Source of the DNA: an uncultured Planctomycetota bacterium
Lineage (GTDB): Bacteria > Planctomycetota > PLA2 > JAEUHO01
Length of the DNA stretch: 64,000 bases
Direction: 5' to 3'
NCBI GenBank assembly: GCA_963752285.1
Contig: CAVVXN010000004.1
Location: 128,001 to 192,000 of the forward strand
A program made the translations under genes and the position numbers. Shown one piece after another: positions 18,488 through 28,775 of this stretch (position 1 is its first letter; the number at the start of each line of letters is the position of its first letter). The notes beneath the pieces are model-generated. The model searched no databases. It was not told where the DNA came from and saw only the letters and a list, made by a program, of their open reading frames with translations.

Positions 18488-19650
18488 GGCGCCGCCCCGC
18501 CCCGCCTCGCGGTCGTCGGGGTCGCCTCCGGCCGCCACGGCGCGGGCGCCTCGCCGGCCAGGTCGGACGCGATGCGCTCCGCCGCGTGGCCGTCCCCGAA
18601 GAGGGAGCGGGGGACCCCGAAGCGCGCGCGCGCGTCCGGGTCGTCGAGGAGGCGCGCGCCCTCCGCGACGATCCGGTCCCGGTCCGTCCCGACGAGCAGA
18701 CCCGCGCCCGCCTCGATCAGCTCGGGACGCTCGGTCACCTCCCGCAGGACGAGGAGCGGTCGGCCCAGGGTCGCGCCCTCCTCCTGGATGCCCCCCGAGT
18801 CGGTGAGCACGAGCTCCGCGCGGTCGAGCAGCCACACGAGCTCCGCGTAGCCGACCGGCGGGACGAGGTGGACGTTCGGCGCCGTGAGCGCCGCGCGCGC
18901 GGGCCCCTCGACCTCCGGGTTCGGATGGACCGGGTACACGAAGGGCAGGTCGGGATGCGTCCGGGCGAGGCGCTCGACCGCGGCGAACACGGCGGCCAGC
19001 GGGGCGCCGAACGACTCGCGGCGGTGCGCGGTCACGAGCACGAGGCGCGGGGCGTCGTGGACGAGGCGCCGGACGGGCAGGTCGAGGGCGCCGACCCGCG
19101 CGCGCACCTCGAGCAGCGCGTCGATGGCCGTGTTCCCGGTCACGAGCACGCGCGCCGAGGCCGCACCCTCGCGTGCGAGGTTCTCGGCCGCGCGCGGCGT
19201 GGGCGCGAAGAGGTGGCGCGCGAGCCGGTCGATCACGACGCGGTTCATCTCCTCGGGGAACGGCGCGTCCATGCGCCCGCTTCGGAGGCCCGCCTCGACG
19301 TGGCCGACGGGCACCCCGAGGTAGAAGGCTGCGAGCGTCGTCGCGAGCGCGGTCGTCGTATCGCCGTGGACGAGCACGACGTCCGTCGGCTCCGCCGCGA
19401 TCGTGTGCGTCATGTGCTCGAGCACGCGCGCGGTCACCTCGGCCGGCGTCTGCCCCGGACGCATCAGGTCGAGGTCCACGTCGGGGAGGACGCCGAAGAG
19501 CGCCAGGACCTGGTCGAGCAGGGCCCGGTGCTGCGCGCTCACCGCGACCCGGACCCGGAACGCGTCCGTGCGGCGCCGCAACGCGGCCACGACCGGAGCC
19601 ATCTTGATGGCCTCGGGACGCGTGCCGAAGGTGACGAGGACCTGTCGCAG
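18484..19650 (-). CDS. wecB: UDP-N-acetylglucosamine 2-epimerase (non-hydrolysing); probable CTG start
   Basis: FGTRPEAIKMAP, HGDTTT, HVEAGLRS, PFPEEMNR, TAHRRESFG, TDSGGIQEE. Confidence 0.93.
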   Translation of the reverse strand: MRQVLVTFGTRPEAIKMAPVVAALRRRTDAFRVRVAVSAQHRALLDQVLALFGVLPDVDLDLMRPGQTPAEVTARVLEHMTHTIAAEPTDVVLVHGDTTTALATTLAAFYLGVPVGHVEAGLRSGRMDAPFPEEMNRVVIDRLARHLFAPTPRAAENLAREGAASARVLVTGNTAIDALLEVRARVGALDLPVRRLVHDAPRLVLVTAHRRESFGAPLAAVFAAVERLARTHPDLPFVYPVHPNPEVEGPARAALTAPNVHLVPPVGYAELVWLLDRAELVLTDSGGIQEEGATLGRPLLVLREVTERPELIEAGAGLLVGTDRDRIVAEGARLLDDPDARARFGVPRSLFGDGHAAERIASDLAGEAPAPWRPEATPTTARRGGAAP

Positions 19651-19740
19651 GGGGTGGGACCTCTCGCGCCGGACCCTCCGGTCGGACGTGCGCCGTCCGG
19701 GAGCGCGAAGGCCCGGAGGCTACGCGGGCTCCGGTCGGGG

Positions 19741-20733
19741 TCAACGGCCGACCGCGCGGGGCGGGCGAAGCGCCAGGAGCAGCGCGCACAGGTCGTGCTC
19801 GAGGAAGCGCAGCCACGCGCGGGCGCGCGCGAGGTGGCGCCGCGCGTCGCCCCGCCGGCCCGCGAGGGCCCGGCCCGACGCTTCCGCCGCGAGGCGCACC
19901 GGCTCGAGGAGCGCGCGGAGCACGATGCCCAGGGCGAGGAGGGCGGCGACCGCGGGACCCTCGCGAGGCCCGAGGTGGAGGCGGGCGTAGCGGAGGAGGC
20001 CCACGGCCATCTCGCGCCGGAGCGCGTCGTCTCGCGCGGCCGAGGCCGCGCCGCCCTCGTGCACGACTGGCGGCCCGTCGGGAACCCACGCGACCCCGTG
20101 GCCCTCCCGGCGGAGCCGCCGGCAGAGGTCCACGTCCTCCCAGTAGAACGGGTAACCCTCGTCGAACCCGCCGAGCGCGAGAAGGGCGTCGCGCCGCACG
20201 ACGAGGCACGCGCCGAGGACCGTGTCCACCTCGCGGGGGGCCGTCGCCTCGACGCCGCGTGTCCACCGCGCGGCCGCGCGCCGTCCGATCGGCGTGTAGC
20301 GGAGCGCCGTGAAGCGGTGCAGGAGCCCGAGGGCCGAGGGGTCGTCGCGCGCGGCGCGCTGCGGACGTCCGTCGGGCGACACGACCCGCGGCGCCGCGGC
20401 GGCGACGGTCGGGTGCCCGTCGAGCCAGCGGACGACGTGGACCAGGGCCCCCGGCTCGGGCCGGGCGTCGCTGTTCAGGAACACGACGTAGCGGCCTTGG
20501 ACGAAGGGGAGCGCGCGGTTGTTGCCGCGCGCGAACCCGAGGTTCGCCTCGTTCACGACGAGGCGCACGTCGGGCGCCTCGCGACGCACGCGGGACACCG
20601 TGTCGTCGTCGCTCGCGTTGTCCACGCAGACGAGCTCGCCCGGGATCGTCGAGAGCTCCCTGCGTGCGGCCGCGAGCGCACGGAGCGTCAGCGCCGCGGT
20701 GTTCCAGGACAGTACGACGACGCTTGCGTCCAC
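19741..20733 (-). CDS. GT2 family glycosyltransferase
   Basis: VVVLSWN, VDNASDD, NLGFARGNN, FLNSD, GGFDEGYPFYWEDVDLC. Confidence 0.9.
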   Translation of the reverse strand: MDASVVVLSWNTAALTLRALAAARRELSTIPGELVCVDNASDDDTVSRVRREAPDVRLVVNEANLGFARGNNRALPFVQGRYVVFLNSDARPEPGALVHVVRWLDGHPTVAAAAPRVVSPDGRPQRAARDDPSALGLLHRFTALRYTPIGRRAAARWTRGVEATAPREVDTVLGACLVVRRDALLALGGFDEGYPFYWEDVDLCRRLRREGHGVAWVPDGPPVVHEGGAASAARDDALRREMAVGLLRYARLHLGPREGPAVAALLALGIVLRALLEPVRLAAEASGRALAGRRGDARRHLARARAWLRFLEHDLCALLLALRPPRAVGR

Positions 20734-20849
20734 GCGCGGGCCACGATACCCGCGCGATCCGCCCGGCCGATCGCGCCCGCGCCGGCCCCTGCTACCCTCC
20801 GGTACCCGGCTCGGGCGACCGCGCCCCGGGCGAACGGGTCGGAGCCCCC

Positions 20850-21857
20850 GTGGAAAGCTCGAGCGCGCCCACTCCCGCCCGGGGTCCCGCCGGCCTCCGC
20901 GGAGATCCGGGCCTGCGCCCGCGACGGGCCCTGCGCCTCGCGTCGCTCTTCCGGCAGGCGCGCCGCCGCTTCCTGGTCCTCGTCGGGCCCTTCCTCCTGA
21001 CGAGCCTCCTCGTCTGGGGGGCGTGGGCCGTGTTCTCGGCCGACGTGGGCTCCGAGCTCCTCCTGATCGCGGGGCTCGCCTTCCTCGGCGCGGGGACCAC
21101 CGTGGTCCTCGCGCCAGCCGCCGTGGGCTCGGGCGTCCCGATCCCCCTGCTCGGGATCACGGTCGAGGTGCACCTCAGCACGTGGCAGATCGCGGTCTGG
21201 CTCATGTACCTGAACGCCGCCTCGGCGCTCCTCTACGCGTACAACCTCGACCTCCTCGAGCGCGTCCCCGGGATCGGGCCGTACCTCCTTCGCGCGCGCC
21301 GGAACGCGGTCAAGAGCCTCGACCGCCACCGGTGGATCCGACGTCTCGCCGGGGTGGGCGTGGGGCTCTTCGTGCTGACGCCACTGCCCGGGTCGGGGCA
21401 GCTCGGGGGGTGCTTCGTCGGGCGCGTCATCGGTCTCTCGAAGCGAGCGACGTTCGCCGTCGTGACGGTGGCCGGCATCCTGGTCGCGGCGATGTACGCC
21501 GCGTTCGGCTCCTACATCGGGCGCGTGCTGAACGACGCGAAGGCCGACCCGCGCTGGCGGGTGCTCGGTGTCGTGGTCCTCTTCGGCGTCGTGTTCTTCG
21601 TCGTGAAGATGCTCCGCTACCTCGGTCGTGACGAGTCGTCGCCTCGCGCGAGGAAGCGGGCGCGGCCCGGACGCGCGGCGCTCGTCCTCGTGCTCGTGCT
21701 CGCGGCGCTCCTCTACGCGCTCTTCGAGGACGAGATCCTCGCGTTCCTGGCGCGTCCCGAATCGAGGCGCTGGGTACCCATCGCCGGGGGGGCCGCCGCG
21801 CTGCTGCTGGGCCTCGCGGTCGTGCGAGCGATCCGGCGTCGGCGGCGCGCGGGCTGA
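20850..21857 (+). CDS. Multi-pass membrane protein, small multidrug export (COG2426)-like
   Basis: Many TM helices, GLFVLTPLPGSG motif. Start uncertain (GTG after GGAG). Confidence 0.65.
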   Translation: MESSSAPTPARGPAGLRGDPGLRPRRALRLASLFRQARRRFLVLVGPFLLTSLLVWGAWAVFSADVGSELLLIAGLAFLGAGTTVVLAPAAVGSGVPIPLLGITVEVHLSTWQIAVWLMYLNAASALLYAYNLDLLERVPGIGPYLLRARRNAVKSLDRHRWIRRLAGVGVGLFVLTPLPGSGQLGGCFVGRVIGLSKRATFAVVTVAGILVAAMYAAFGSYIGRVLNDAKADPRWRVLGVVVLFGVVFFVVKMLRYLGRDESSPRARKRARPGRAALVLVLVLAALLYALFEDEILAFLARPESRRWVPIAGGAAALLLGLAVVRAIRRRRRAG

Positions 21858-21872
21858 GCCCGCGCCGGGCGT

Positions 21873-23030
21873 TCAGGCCGGGCTCGGCTCGGCGCGGACC
21901 ACGTGGCGATAGAGCGTGTCGCGCTCGACCGCGGTGCGTCCCGTCTCCGCGATCAGGCGACGGAGCTCGCCGACGCTCAGCTCCTGTGGGCTCGTGGCGC
22001 CCGCCATGTGGACGATCCGCTCCTCCACGACGGTGCCGTCGATGTCGTCGGCGCCGAACGAGAGGGCCACCTGGGCGAGCTTGGGCCCGAGCATGATCCA
22101 GTAGGCCTTCAGGTGCTCGACGTTGTCGAGCAGGAGACGCGAGACCGCCATCACGCGGAGGTCGGTCTTCCCGGTGGGTCCCGGGAGGTGGGAGAGCGCC
22201 GTGTGCTCGGGGTGGAACGCGAGGGGGATGAACGTCTGGAAGCCGCCCGTCTCGTCCTGCAGCGCGCGGAGCCGGAGTACGTGGTCCACGCGGTGTTCGT
22301 CCTCCTCGATGTGCCCGTAGAGCATCGTCGCGTTCGTGCGGATGCCCATGCCGTGGGCCGTGCGGTGGATCTCGATCCACTCGTCCGCGTCGCACTTGTT
22401 GTCGCAGATCTGCTCGCGGACCTCGGGGTGGAAGATCTCCGCGCCGCCGCCCGGCATGCTGTCGAGCCCCGCCGCGACGAGCCGCTCGAGGACCTCTCGG
22501 TGCGTGAGGCCCTCCGAGCCGGCGAAGTACGCGATCTCGACGGCCGTGAGGGCCTTCAGGTGGATCTCGGGGAAGCGCTCCTTGAGGCCCCGGAAGCACG
22601 CCTCGTACCAGGCCAGGTCGTAGTGGGGGTGCAGCCCCGCCACGATGTGGATCTCGGTCGCGCCGTGCTCCGCGCACTCGGCGGCGCGGCGCCACACCTC
22701 GTCGTGGGTCATCTCCCACGTCAGCGGGTTGCTGCCCTTGATGCCGAAGGCGCAGAACGTGCAGCCCTGCATGCAGATGTTCGTGGGGTTGATGTGGCGG
22801 TTGACGTTGTAATAGACGACGTCGCCGTGCCGCTCGCGCCGAACCCAGTCCGCCAGCCGACCCACGGCGAGCAGGTCGGGGTGCGCGTAGAGCCGAAGGC
22901 CGTCGTCGTGGTCGAGGCGCTCGTGGCACACGACCTTCGCGCCGAGGTCGGCGAGGTCGTCGGGGAGCGACAGGGCGGCGAGCGCCTCGGCCTCGTCCAC
23001 GGGCGCGCGGGGGGAATGCACCTGGCTCAC
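21873..23030 (-). CDS. mqnE: Aminofutalosine synthase (radical SAM)
   Basis: NRHINPTNICMQGCTFCAF, EIHIVAGLHP, HLKALTAVEI, HLKAYWIM. Confidence 0.9.
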   Translation of the reverse strand: MSQVHSPRAPVDEAEALAALSLPDDLADLGAKVVCHERLDHDDGLRLYAHPDLLAVGRLADWVRRERHGDVVYYNVNRHINPTNICMQGCTFCAFGIKGSNPLTWEMTHDEVWRRAAECAEHGATEIHIVAGLHPHYDLAWYEACFRGLKERFPEIHLKALTAVEIAYFAGSEGLTHREVLERLVAAGLDSMPGGGAEIFHPEVREQICDNKCDADEWIEIHRTAHGMGIRTNATMLYGHIEEDEHRVDHVLRLRALQDETGGFQTFIPLAFHPEHTALSHLPGPTGKTDLRVMAVSRLLLDNVEHLKAYWIMLGPKLAQVALSFGADDIDGTVVEERIVHMAGATSPQELSVGELRRLIAETGRTAVERDTLYRHVVRAEPSPA

Positions 23031-24136
23031 AGGACCACCTCCGCCTCGGGCTCGAGGACCTCGTAGAAGGTCGTGCGCCGCCGGGGTTCGTAGCCGGCGT
23101 CCCGGATCAGGGCCTCGATGCGCTCGATCGGCATGCAGAACGACGCCCCGGCCGCCGAGACGACGTTCTCCTCCATCATCGTGCCGCCGAGGTCGTCGGC
23201 ACCGAACTCGAGGGAGACCTGACCGATCTTCGGGCCCTGCGTCACCCACGAGCCCTGCACGTGGGGGAAGTTGTCGAGCACGAGGCGCGCGACCGCGAGC
23301 GTCCTGAGGTAGTCGTAGCCGCCGCTCATGTGGGGGACGCGCTTCTCGAGCTTCGTGTGGGGCGCCTGGTACGTCCACGGGATGAACGCCGTGAAGCCCC
23401 CCGTGCGGTCCTGGAGCTCGCGGAGGCGCAGGAGGTGCTCGACGCGGTCCTCGAGGGTCTCCACGTGGCCGAACATCATGGTCGCGCTGCTCTTCAGGCC
23501 GAGGGCGTGCGCGTCCTCCATGACCCCGAGCCACTCGTCCGTCGTGGCCTTGAGCGCGGCGATCTTCTTCCGGACGCCGTCCACGAGGATCTCGGCCCCG
23601 CCGCCGGGGATCGAGCCGAGGCCGGCCTCGCACAAGCGGCGGATGACCTCCGTCCGCGGCATGTCCCAGGTCTTCGAGAAGAAGGTGATCTCGGGGGGCG
23701 AGAAGCCGTGCACGTTGATGCGCGGGAAGCGCTCCCGCACGTACCGGAGGAGGCCCTCGTAGTACTCGATGCCGAGCTCGGGGTTGTGTCCGCCCTGGAG
23801 CAGGACCTGGCGGCCGTCCACCCGGTCGAGCTCCTCGAGCCGGGCGCCGATCTCCTCGTACGACTGGGTGTAGCCCTCGGCGTGCCCCGGCGGCCGGTAG
23901 AAGGCGCAGAACGCGCAGTACGTCACGCAGACGTTCGAGTAGTTGACGTTCCGATCGACGATGTACGTCACCCGACGGGCGGGGTTCTTCCGCCACCGCG
24001 CGGCGGCCGCGAGCGACCCGAGCTCCAGGAGGTCGGCGTCCCGGAGCAGCACGAGCCCGTCCTCGGCGGACAGGCGCTCCCCGCCGCGCGCCCTCGCGAG
24101 GGCGGAGCGGAGCCGGGGCGTCGAGGCGTCGGGCAT
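23027..24136 (-). CDS. mqnC: Cyclic dehypoxanthinyl futalosine synthase (radical SAM)
   Basis: VTYIVDRNVNYSNVCVTYCAFCAFYR, LLQGGHNP, QGSWVTQG, MMEENVVSAAG. Confidence 0.92.
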   Translation of the reverse strand: MPDASTPRLRSALARARGGERLSAEDGLVLLRDADLLELGSLAAAARWRKNPARRVTYIVDRNVNYSNVCVTYCAFCAFYRPPGHAEGYTQSYEEIGARLEELDRVDGRQVLLQGGHNPELGIEYYEGLLRYVRERFPRINVHGFSPPEITFFSKTWDMPRTEVIRRLCEAGLGSIPGGGAEILVDGVRKKIAALKATTDEWLGVMEDAHALGLKSSATMMFGHVETLEDRVEHLLRLRELQDRTGGFTAFIPWTYQAPHTKLEKRVPHMSGGYDYLRTLAVARLVLDNFPHVQGSWVTQGPKIGQVSLEFGADDLGGTMMEENVVSAAGASFCMPIERIEALIRDAGYEPRRRTTFYEVLEPEAEVVL

Positions 24137-24292
24137 GGAGACCTCCTCGGGGTCCCGGGAAGTGTAGGAGGCCCGGCCGCCCCCGGCGAATCCGAGCCCT
24201 GTCCGTCGCCCGGCGCGCCCCCGCTCGGACCTTTGCCCCGGGTCGTCGCGTCCCCCACCCAACCGCTGGATCGCGGGCAGACTCTCGCTCCC

Positions 24293-24949
24293 ATGGACCT
24301 GGCCATCACCACCCTCGTCGTCGGGCCGTTCCAGCAGAACTGCCGGCTCGTCGCGGACCGCGCGAGCGGCCAGGCCGTCCTCGTGGACCCCGGCGACGAG
24401 CCCGACCGCATCCTCGAGGCCGTGAAGGAGAGCGGGGCGCTCGTCCGCTACGTCCTCGCGACCCACGCCCACCTCGACCACGTGGGCGCGGTCGCGCCGG
24501 TCCAGCGGGCGCTGAAGGCGCCCTTCGCGCTCCACGCGGCCGACCTCCCCCTGCTCCAGGCCCTCCCCGAGCACGGACGGATGTTCGGGATCGGGGGCCT
24601 CGAGGTTCCGGTGGTGGGCATGGACCTCGCGCTCACGCCGGAGATCCCGTTCGCGGACGGGCACATCCGCGTGCTCGCCACGCCCGGGCACACGCCCGGC
24701 GGGGTGACGTTCCTCTTCGGCGCGGACGGGTTCTTCGGCGACACCCTCTTCCGGGGATCCGTGGGGCGCACGGACCTCGGGGGCGACGCGCAGGCGTACG
24801 CGAAGACGCTCCGGGACGTCGTGCTCGCGCTCCCCGACGAGACCGTCGTCTACTCCGGCCACGGTCCGGACAGCACGATCGGGGAGGAGCGCCTGCGGAA
24901 CCCGTTCCTCAACGGAGAGGTCCGGATCGACGACCCGGCCTTCCTCTGA
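24293..24949 (+). CDS. MBL-fold metallo-hydrolase (glyoxalase II-like)
   Basis: THAHLDHVG, TPGHTPG, GDTLF, GHG. Confidence 0.9.
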   Translation: MDLAITTLVVGPFQQNCRLVADRASGQAVLVDPGDEPDRILEAVKESGALVRYVLATHAHLDHVGAVAPVQRALKAPFALHAADLPLLQALPEHGRMFGIGGLEVPVVGMDLALTPEIPFADGHIRVLATPGHTPGGVTFLFGADGFFGDTLFRGSVGRTDLGGDAQAYAKTLRDVVLALPDETVVYSGHGPDSTIGEERLRNPFLNGEVRIDDPAFL

Positions 24950-24997
24950 CGAGCCCCCGCGGCGCGGCGGTTCCGAAGGGGCGCCGTCGCGCGGCCC

Positions 24998-27781
24998 TCA
25001 GCGGGCGCCGAGCGCGGCCCGCACGTCGTCGCGGGCGAGCAGCCGTCCGAGGTCCGGGTCGCGCGTCCACGAGACGTCGGGGCGCAGACCGAGACGGACC
25101 GCCTCGAGGAGCGCCTCCGCGCCACCGTCGAGGTCGCCACGGTGTGCGCGCACGCGGGCGAGGACCAGCCGGACGTCCGCGGCCGCCGGGTCCGAGGCCG
25201 CGGCGTGCTCGAGGCGTTGCGCCGCCTCGTCCCACCGGCCTCGGAGCACGAGCGCCGCCCCCTCGGCGGCGTGGCCGTCGGCGTAGAGCCGGCGCGCCGC
25301 CTCGCCGTCGACCCGCCGTGCCACCTTCGCCGCCTCGAGCTCGATCGAGGCCACGCCGTCGAGCCGGTCCGCGTCGGCCGCGCCCGGCTGCGGCGGCCGG
25401 GACGTCGCCCAGGCCGCCAACGCGCGCCACTCCGCGTAGGCGCGACGGTATCGCTTGCCCTCCGCGTCCAGCCGCGCTTCGGCCGTGAACGACTCGGGCC
25501 CCATCGCGTCGGCGCGCAGCAGGCCGGCGAAGCGAAGGGCGGCCGCCCCGTACGCGCGCTCGGCGTCGTCGATCGGCGTCGCCGCGGCGGCGGGGCCCGT
25601 CCCGCCCGCGGCCTTCTCGCGCCGGCTCCCCGTCTCGAGGAACCGCCTCGCCTCGTCCTCGACGAACCGTCCGAGCGGCGGGTCCACGCGCACGGCGAGC
25701 TCGAGGACGCCCGCCGCGAGGGCGGCCGGCACCGTCTTCTGGAGCTCCGCGATCCGGAACGACTCGAGCAGGATCTCCGCCGTCTCCGGATGCGCGGCGA
25801 GCACGTTCAGGGCCTCGGCCTGGCGGCGCACCAGCTCGCCCACGTCGGACGAGGAGAGCCGCCCGCCGGGCACCGCGGCGCCCAGCGCCGCCGCCGCCTC
25901 GGGCGCGACCTCGTCGAGCGCGCGGTGGACGGCCTCGGCCGCGCCCGAGAGGTCGCCGCGGCGCCGCGCGAGGCGCGAGAGCGCGACGTCGTACTCGAAG
26001 CGGCCCGGCGCCAGGGCGTGCGCCTCGTTGTAGTGACGCAACGCCTCGACGAGGTTCGCGCCGGGGGGGGCCGGATCGCCCGGGACGGGCTCCTCGCCGA
26101 GCGCAAGGTGCCCGAGCCGGAGCGGCAGGTCGAACCGGGTGGGATCGACCTCCCGTGCCGCCTCGAGGCGCGCGCGGGCCGCGTCGGGGTCGCCCGAGAT
26201 CCGGTCGAGCTCGGCGAGGTCGAGGCGTGCCTCCGTCATGCCGGGGTCCGCGCGGAGCGCCTCGGCGTAGGCCTTCCGCGCACGCGCGGCGTCGTGGAAC
26301 CTCGCCCAGTGGACGCCGAGGCGGTACCACGCCTCGGGATGGTCGGGCCGCCACGCGAGCGCGCCCTCCTCCAGGTGCGCCCTCGCGAGCGCGAGCGCCG
26401 GCGCGGGAAGGGGGCCCGTCGCGATCCCGTCGCGGTACGCGCGGAGGTGGCGGTCGGCGGCGGCGTCCCTTCCGAGGACGCTCGCGCCCGCGAGGAGGAC
26501 CAGGCCGAGCGCGCCGAGCGCGAACGACGCCCCGCGCGCCGGACCGGGCGCCCGCGACCGCCGCGCGAGCTCGCGCGCGACGAGGCCGCCCGCGAGGACG
26601 CCCGCGAGGAGCGCGCCCGCCGGGTCGAGGAGGACGTCCTCGCCGAGCGACGCGACGAAGAGCGTGGCCAGGGCGCCAGCGTCCGCGAGCGGACCCGCCC
26701 GCGCGTCCGCGCGACGGGCCGCCCGCGCCGCGCGGGCGCCGACGACCAGGACGCCCAGCGCGAAGACGAGCACCGCGAGGCCGGCGGGCACCCCGCCCTC
26801 CGCGGCGGCGTGGAGGGCGTCGTCGTGCGCGACGCGGGGGCGTGCGCCGCGCGAGACGCGCGCCTCCTCCAGGCTCCGGACGCGGAGCACCTCCGTCGGG
26901 AACGAGCCGAGGCCCTGGCCCGTGAGGGGCGCCTCCACCACGAGGCGAGCGCTCGCGGACCAGAGCCCGAGGCGCACGAGCACCGTCTCGCCGCCGCCGG
27001 GCAGGGGCAGGCGTCCCGCCACGGCCGCGAGCGTGGCAAGGAGCACCGCCGCCGCGCTGCCCCACAGCGCCGCGCGCGCGGCCCGCGCGCGCCCGCCCGT
27101 GGCCCGCGCGCCGAGGACCACGAGGGTGCCGAGCAGGCCTGCGACGAGGCCGACGCGGCTCCGCGTCGCGAGGACGCCGGCCGCGAGGAGGGCGGGGGCG
27201 ATCCAGAGGAGGCGCGGCGCGGCGCGGTTCGCCCTCGCGACCGAGAGCACGAGGAGCGCGGCGAGTACCGGGCCCGCGACGCCGGGGCGTCCGAAGGGGC
27301 CGACGCCCACGCCGCCGCGAAGGACCGCGTCCGCGACCGTCCAGGCGGCGGCGAGCGCGCCCGCGAAGGCGAGGAGGCGCGCGGTGCGGTCCGCGTCCTC
27401 CTCCGTCTCGGTCCGCGCGCACGCGAGCGCGAGGCCCGCGATCGAGAGCCAGGGGGCGGCCTCGCGGAGGCGCGCGGTCCACGTCGCCACGGCGTGCGGT
27501 CCGAGGAGCGCCGTGGCGGGCACGACGAGCGGGACGACGAGCAGCCAGGAGGCCGCGCCTCCGAGGCGCCGCACGGGGAGGACCGCCGCCAACCCCAGGC
27601 CGAGCGCCGCGAGGAGCGGGACGAGGGCGCCGCGGATCACGTCGCCGCGCGTGAAGAGCCCCGGCCCGTCGGCGAGGAGCGCGAAGGCCGCGCCCCAGCC
27701 GATCACCCGGACGGCGAGCGTCGAGCGTCCCATCCCCCCTCCGACGCCGGACGGGGGCCGGGTCCTGCTCGCGAGGTCCAT
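24998..27781 (-). CDS. O-antigen ligase / O-oligosaccharyltransferase (Wzy_C) family membrane protein with C-terminal TPR repeats
   Basis: Multi-TM N-half with TRSR, RLGLW..PLTGQGLGSF, AHDDALH; TPR-like repeats (EAWYRLG, EALRADP). Start uncertain. Confidence 0.78.
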   Translation of the reverse strand: MDLASRTRPPSGVGGGMGRSTLAVRVIGWGAAFALLADGPGLFTRGDVIRGALVPLLAALGLGLAAVLPVRRLGGAASWLLVVPLVVPATALLGPHAVATWTARLREAAPWLSIAGLALACARTETEEDADRTARLLAFAGALAAAWTVADAVLRGGVGVGPFGRPGVAGPVLAALLVLSVARANRAAPRLLWIAPALLAAGVLATRSRVGLVAGLLGTLVVLGARATGGRARAARAALWGSAAAVLLATLAAVAGRLPLPGGGETVLVRLGLWSASARLVVEAPLTGQGLGSFPTEVLRVRSLEEARVSRGARPRVAHDDALHAAAEGGVPAGLAVLVFALGVLVVGARAARAARRADARAGPLADAGALATLFVASLGEDVLLDPAGALLAGVLAGGLVARELARRSRAPGPARGASFALGALGLVLLAGASVLGRDAAADRHLRAYRDGIATGPLPAPALALARAHLEEGALAWRPDHPEAWYRLGVHWARFHDAARARKAYAEALRADPGMTEARLDLAELDRISGDPDAARARLEAAREVDPTRFDLPLRLGHLALGEEPVPGDPAPPGANLVEALRHYNEAHALAPGRFEYDVALSRLARRRGDLSGAAEAVHRALDEVAPEAAAALGAAVPGGRLSSSDVGELVRRQAEALNVLAAHPETAEILLESFRIAELQKTVPAALAAGVLELAVRVDPPLGRFVEDEARRFLETGSRREKAAGGTGPAAAATPIDDAERAYGAAALRFAGLLRADAMGPESFTAEARLDAEGKRYRRAYAEWRALAAWATSRPPQPGAADADRLDGVASIELEAAKVARRVDGEAARRLYADGHAAEGAALVLRGRWDEAAQRLEHAAASDPAAADVRLVLARVRAHRGDLDGGAEALLEAVRLGLRPDVSWTRDPDLGRLLARDDVRAALGAR

Positions 27782-27825
27782 GCGCTCCTCGTCCTCCCGG
27801 CCCCGGCCGACGGCCGCACCCGTCT

Positions 27826-28737
27826 TCACGAGAAGAGCGCGGCCGAGAAGGCCTTCGCGTCGAACGGCTCCACGTCCTCGATGCCCTCGCCCACGCCGAT
27901 GAACTTCACCGGCACGCCCACGACGCCCTGGACCGAGAGCACGGCGCCGCCCTTCGCGGTTCCGTCGAGCTTGCTCACGAAGAGACCCGTCACGTGCGCG
28001 ACCTCGTGGAAGAGCTGCGCCTGGCGGACGGCGTTCTGGCCCGTCGTCGCATCGAGCACGAGCAGCACCTCGTGCGGCGCACCCGGACACGCCTTGCCCA
28101 CGGCGCGCCGGATCTTCCCGAGCTCCTGCATCAGGTTCTCCTGCGTGTGCAGGCGGCCGGCCGTGTCGATGATGACGTAGTCGCGCCCGCGTGCGCGCCC
28201 CGCCGACACCGCGTCGAACGAGACGGCCGCCGGGTCGGCGCCCGTCGGCTGCTTGACGATCTCGACGCCGTTCCGCTCGCTCCAGATCGTGAGCTGCTCG
28301 ACCGCGGCGGCGCGGAACGTGTCGCCCGCCCCGAGCACCACCGAGCGCCCCTGGCGTCTCAGCCACGCGGTGAGCTTGCCGATCGACGTCGTCTTGCCCG
28401 AGCCGTTCACGCCGCAGACGAGCACCACGGTTGGCGGCGCGGCCTCGTGCGCGAGCTCGTTCCCGCCCTGGGACAGCCGCCGCTCCACCTCGGCCTGGAG
28501 GAACGGAAGCACCTCCTCGGCCGAACGCAGGCGCCCGCGCTTCCAGCCCTCGCGCACCGCGTCGAGGAGCGCCGTCGTGACGGAGGGACCGACGTCCGCG
28601 AGGAGCAGCGTCTCCTCGAGCTCCGCGAGCAGATCCTCGTCGATCCTCCGGCCGAGGGTCAGGACACCGCGCAGGCCGTCGGCGAGACGGCTGCGCGTCT
28701 TCGAGAGTCCCGAGCGGAGCTTCTGGAACAGTCCCAT
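27826..28737 (-). CDS. ftsY: SRP receptor FtsY
   Basis: GVNGSGKTT, DTFRAAA, DTAGRL, SKLDGTAKGG. Confidence 0.97.
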   Translation of the reverse strand: MGLFQKLRSGLSKTRSRLADGLRGVLTLGRRIDEDLLAELEETLLLADVGPSVTTALLDAVREGWKRGRLRSAEEVLPFLQAEVERRLSQGGNELAHEAAPPTVVLVCGVNGSGKTTSIGKLTAWLRRQGRSVVLGAGDTFRAAAVEQLTIWSERNGVEIVKQPTGADPAAVSFDAVSAGRARGRDYVIIDTAGRLHTQENLMQELGKIRRAVGKACPGAPHEVLLVLDATTGQNAVRQAQLFHEVAHVTGLFVSKLDGTAKGGAVLSVQGVVGVPVKFIGVGEGIEDVEPFDAKAFSAALFS

Positions 28738-28775
28738 CTCGTCTCCCTGTCCGATCCGTCAGGGGCCGCGCGCGC

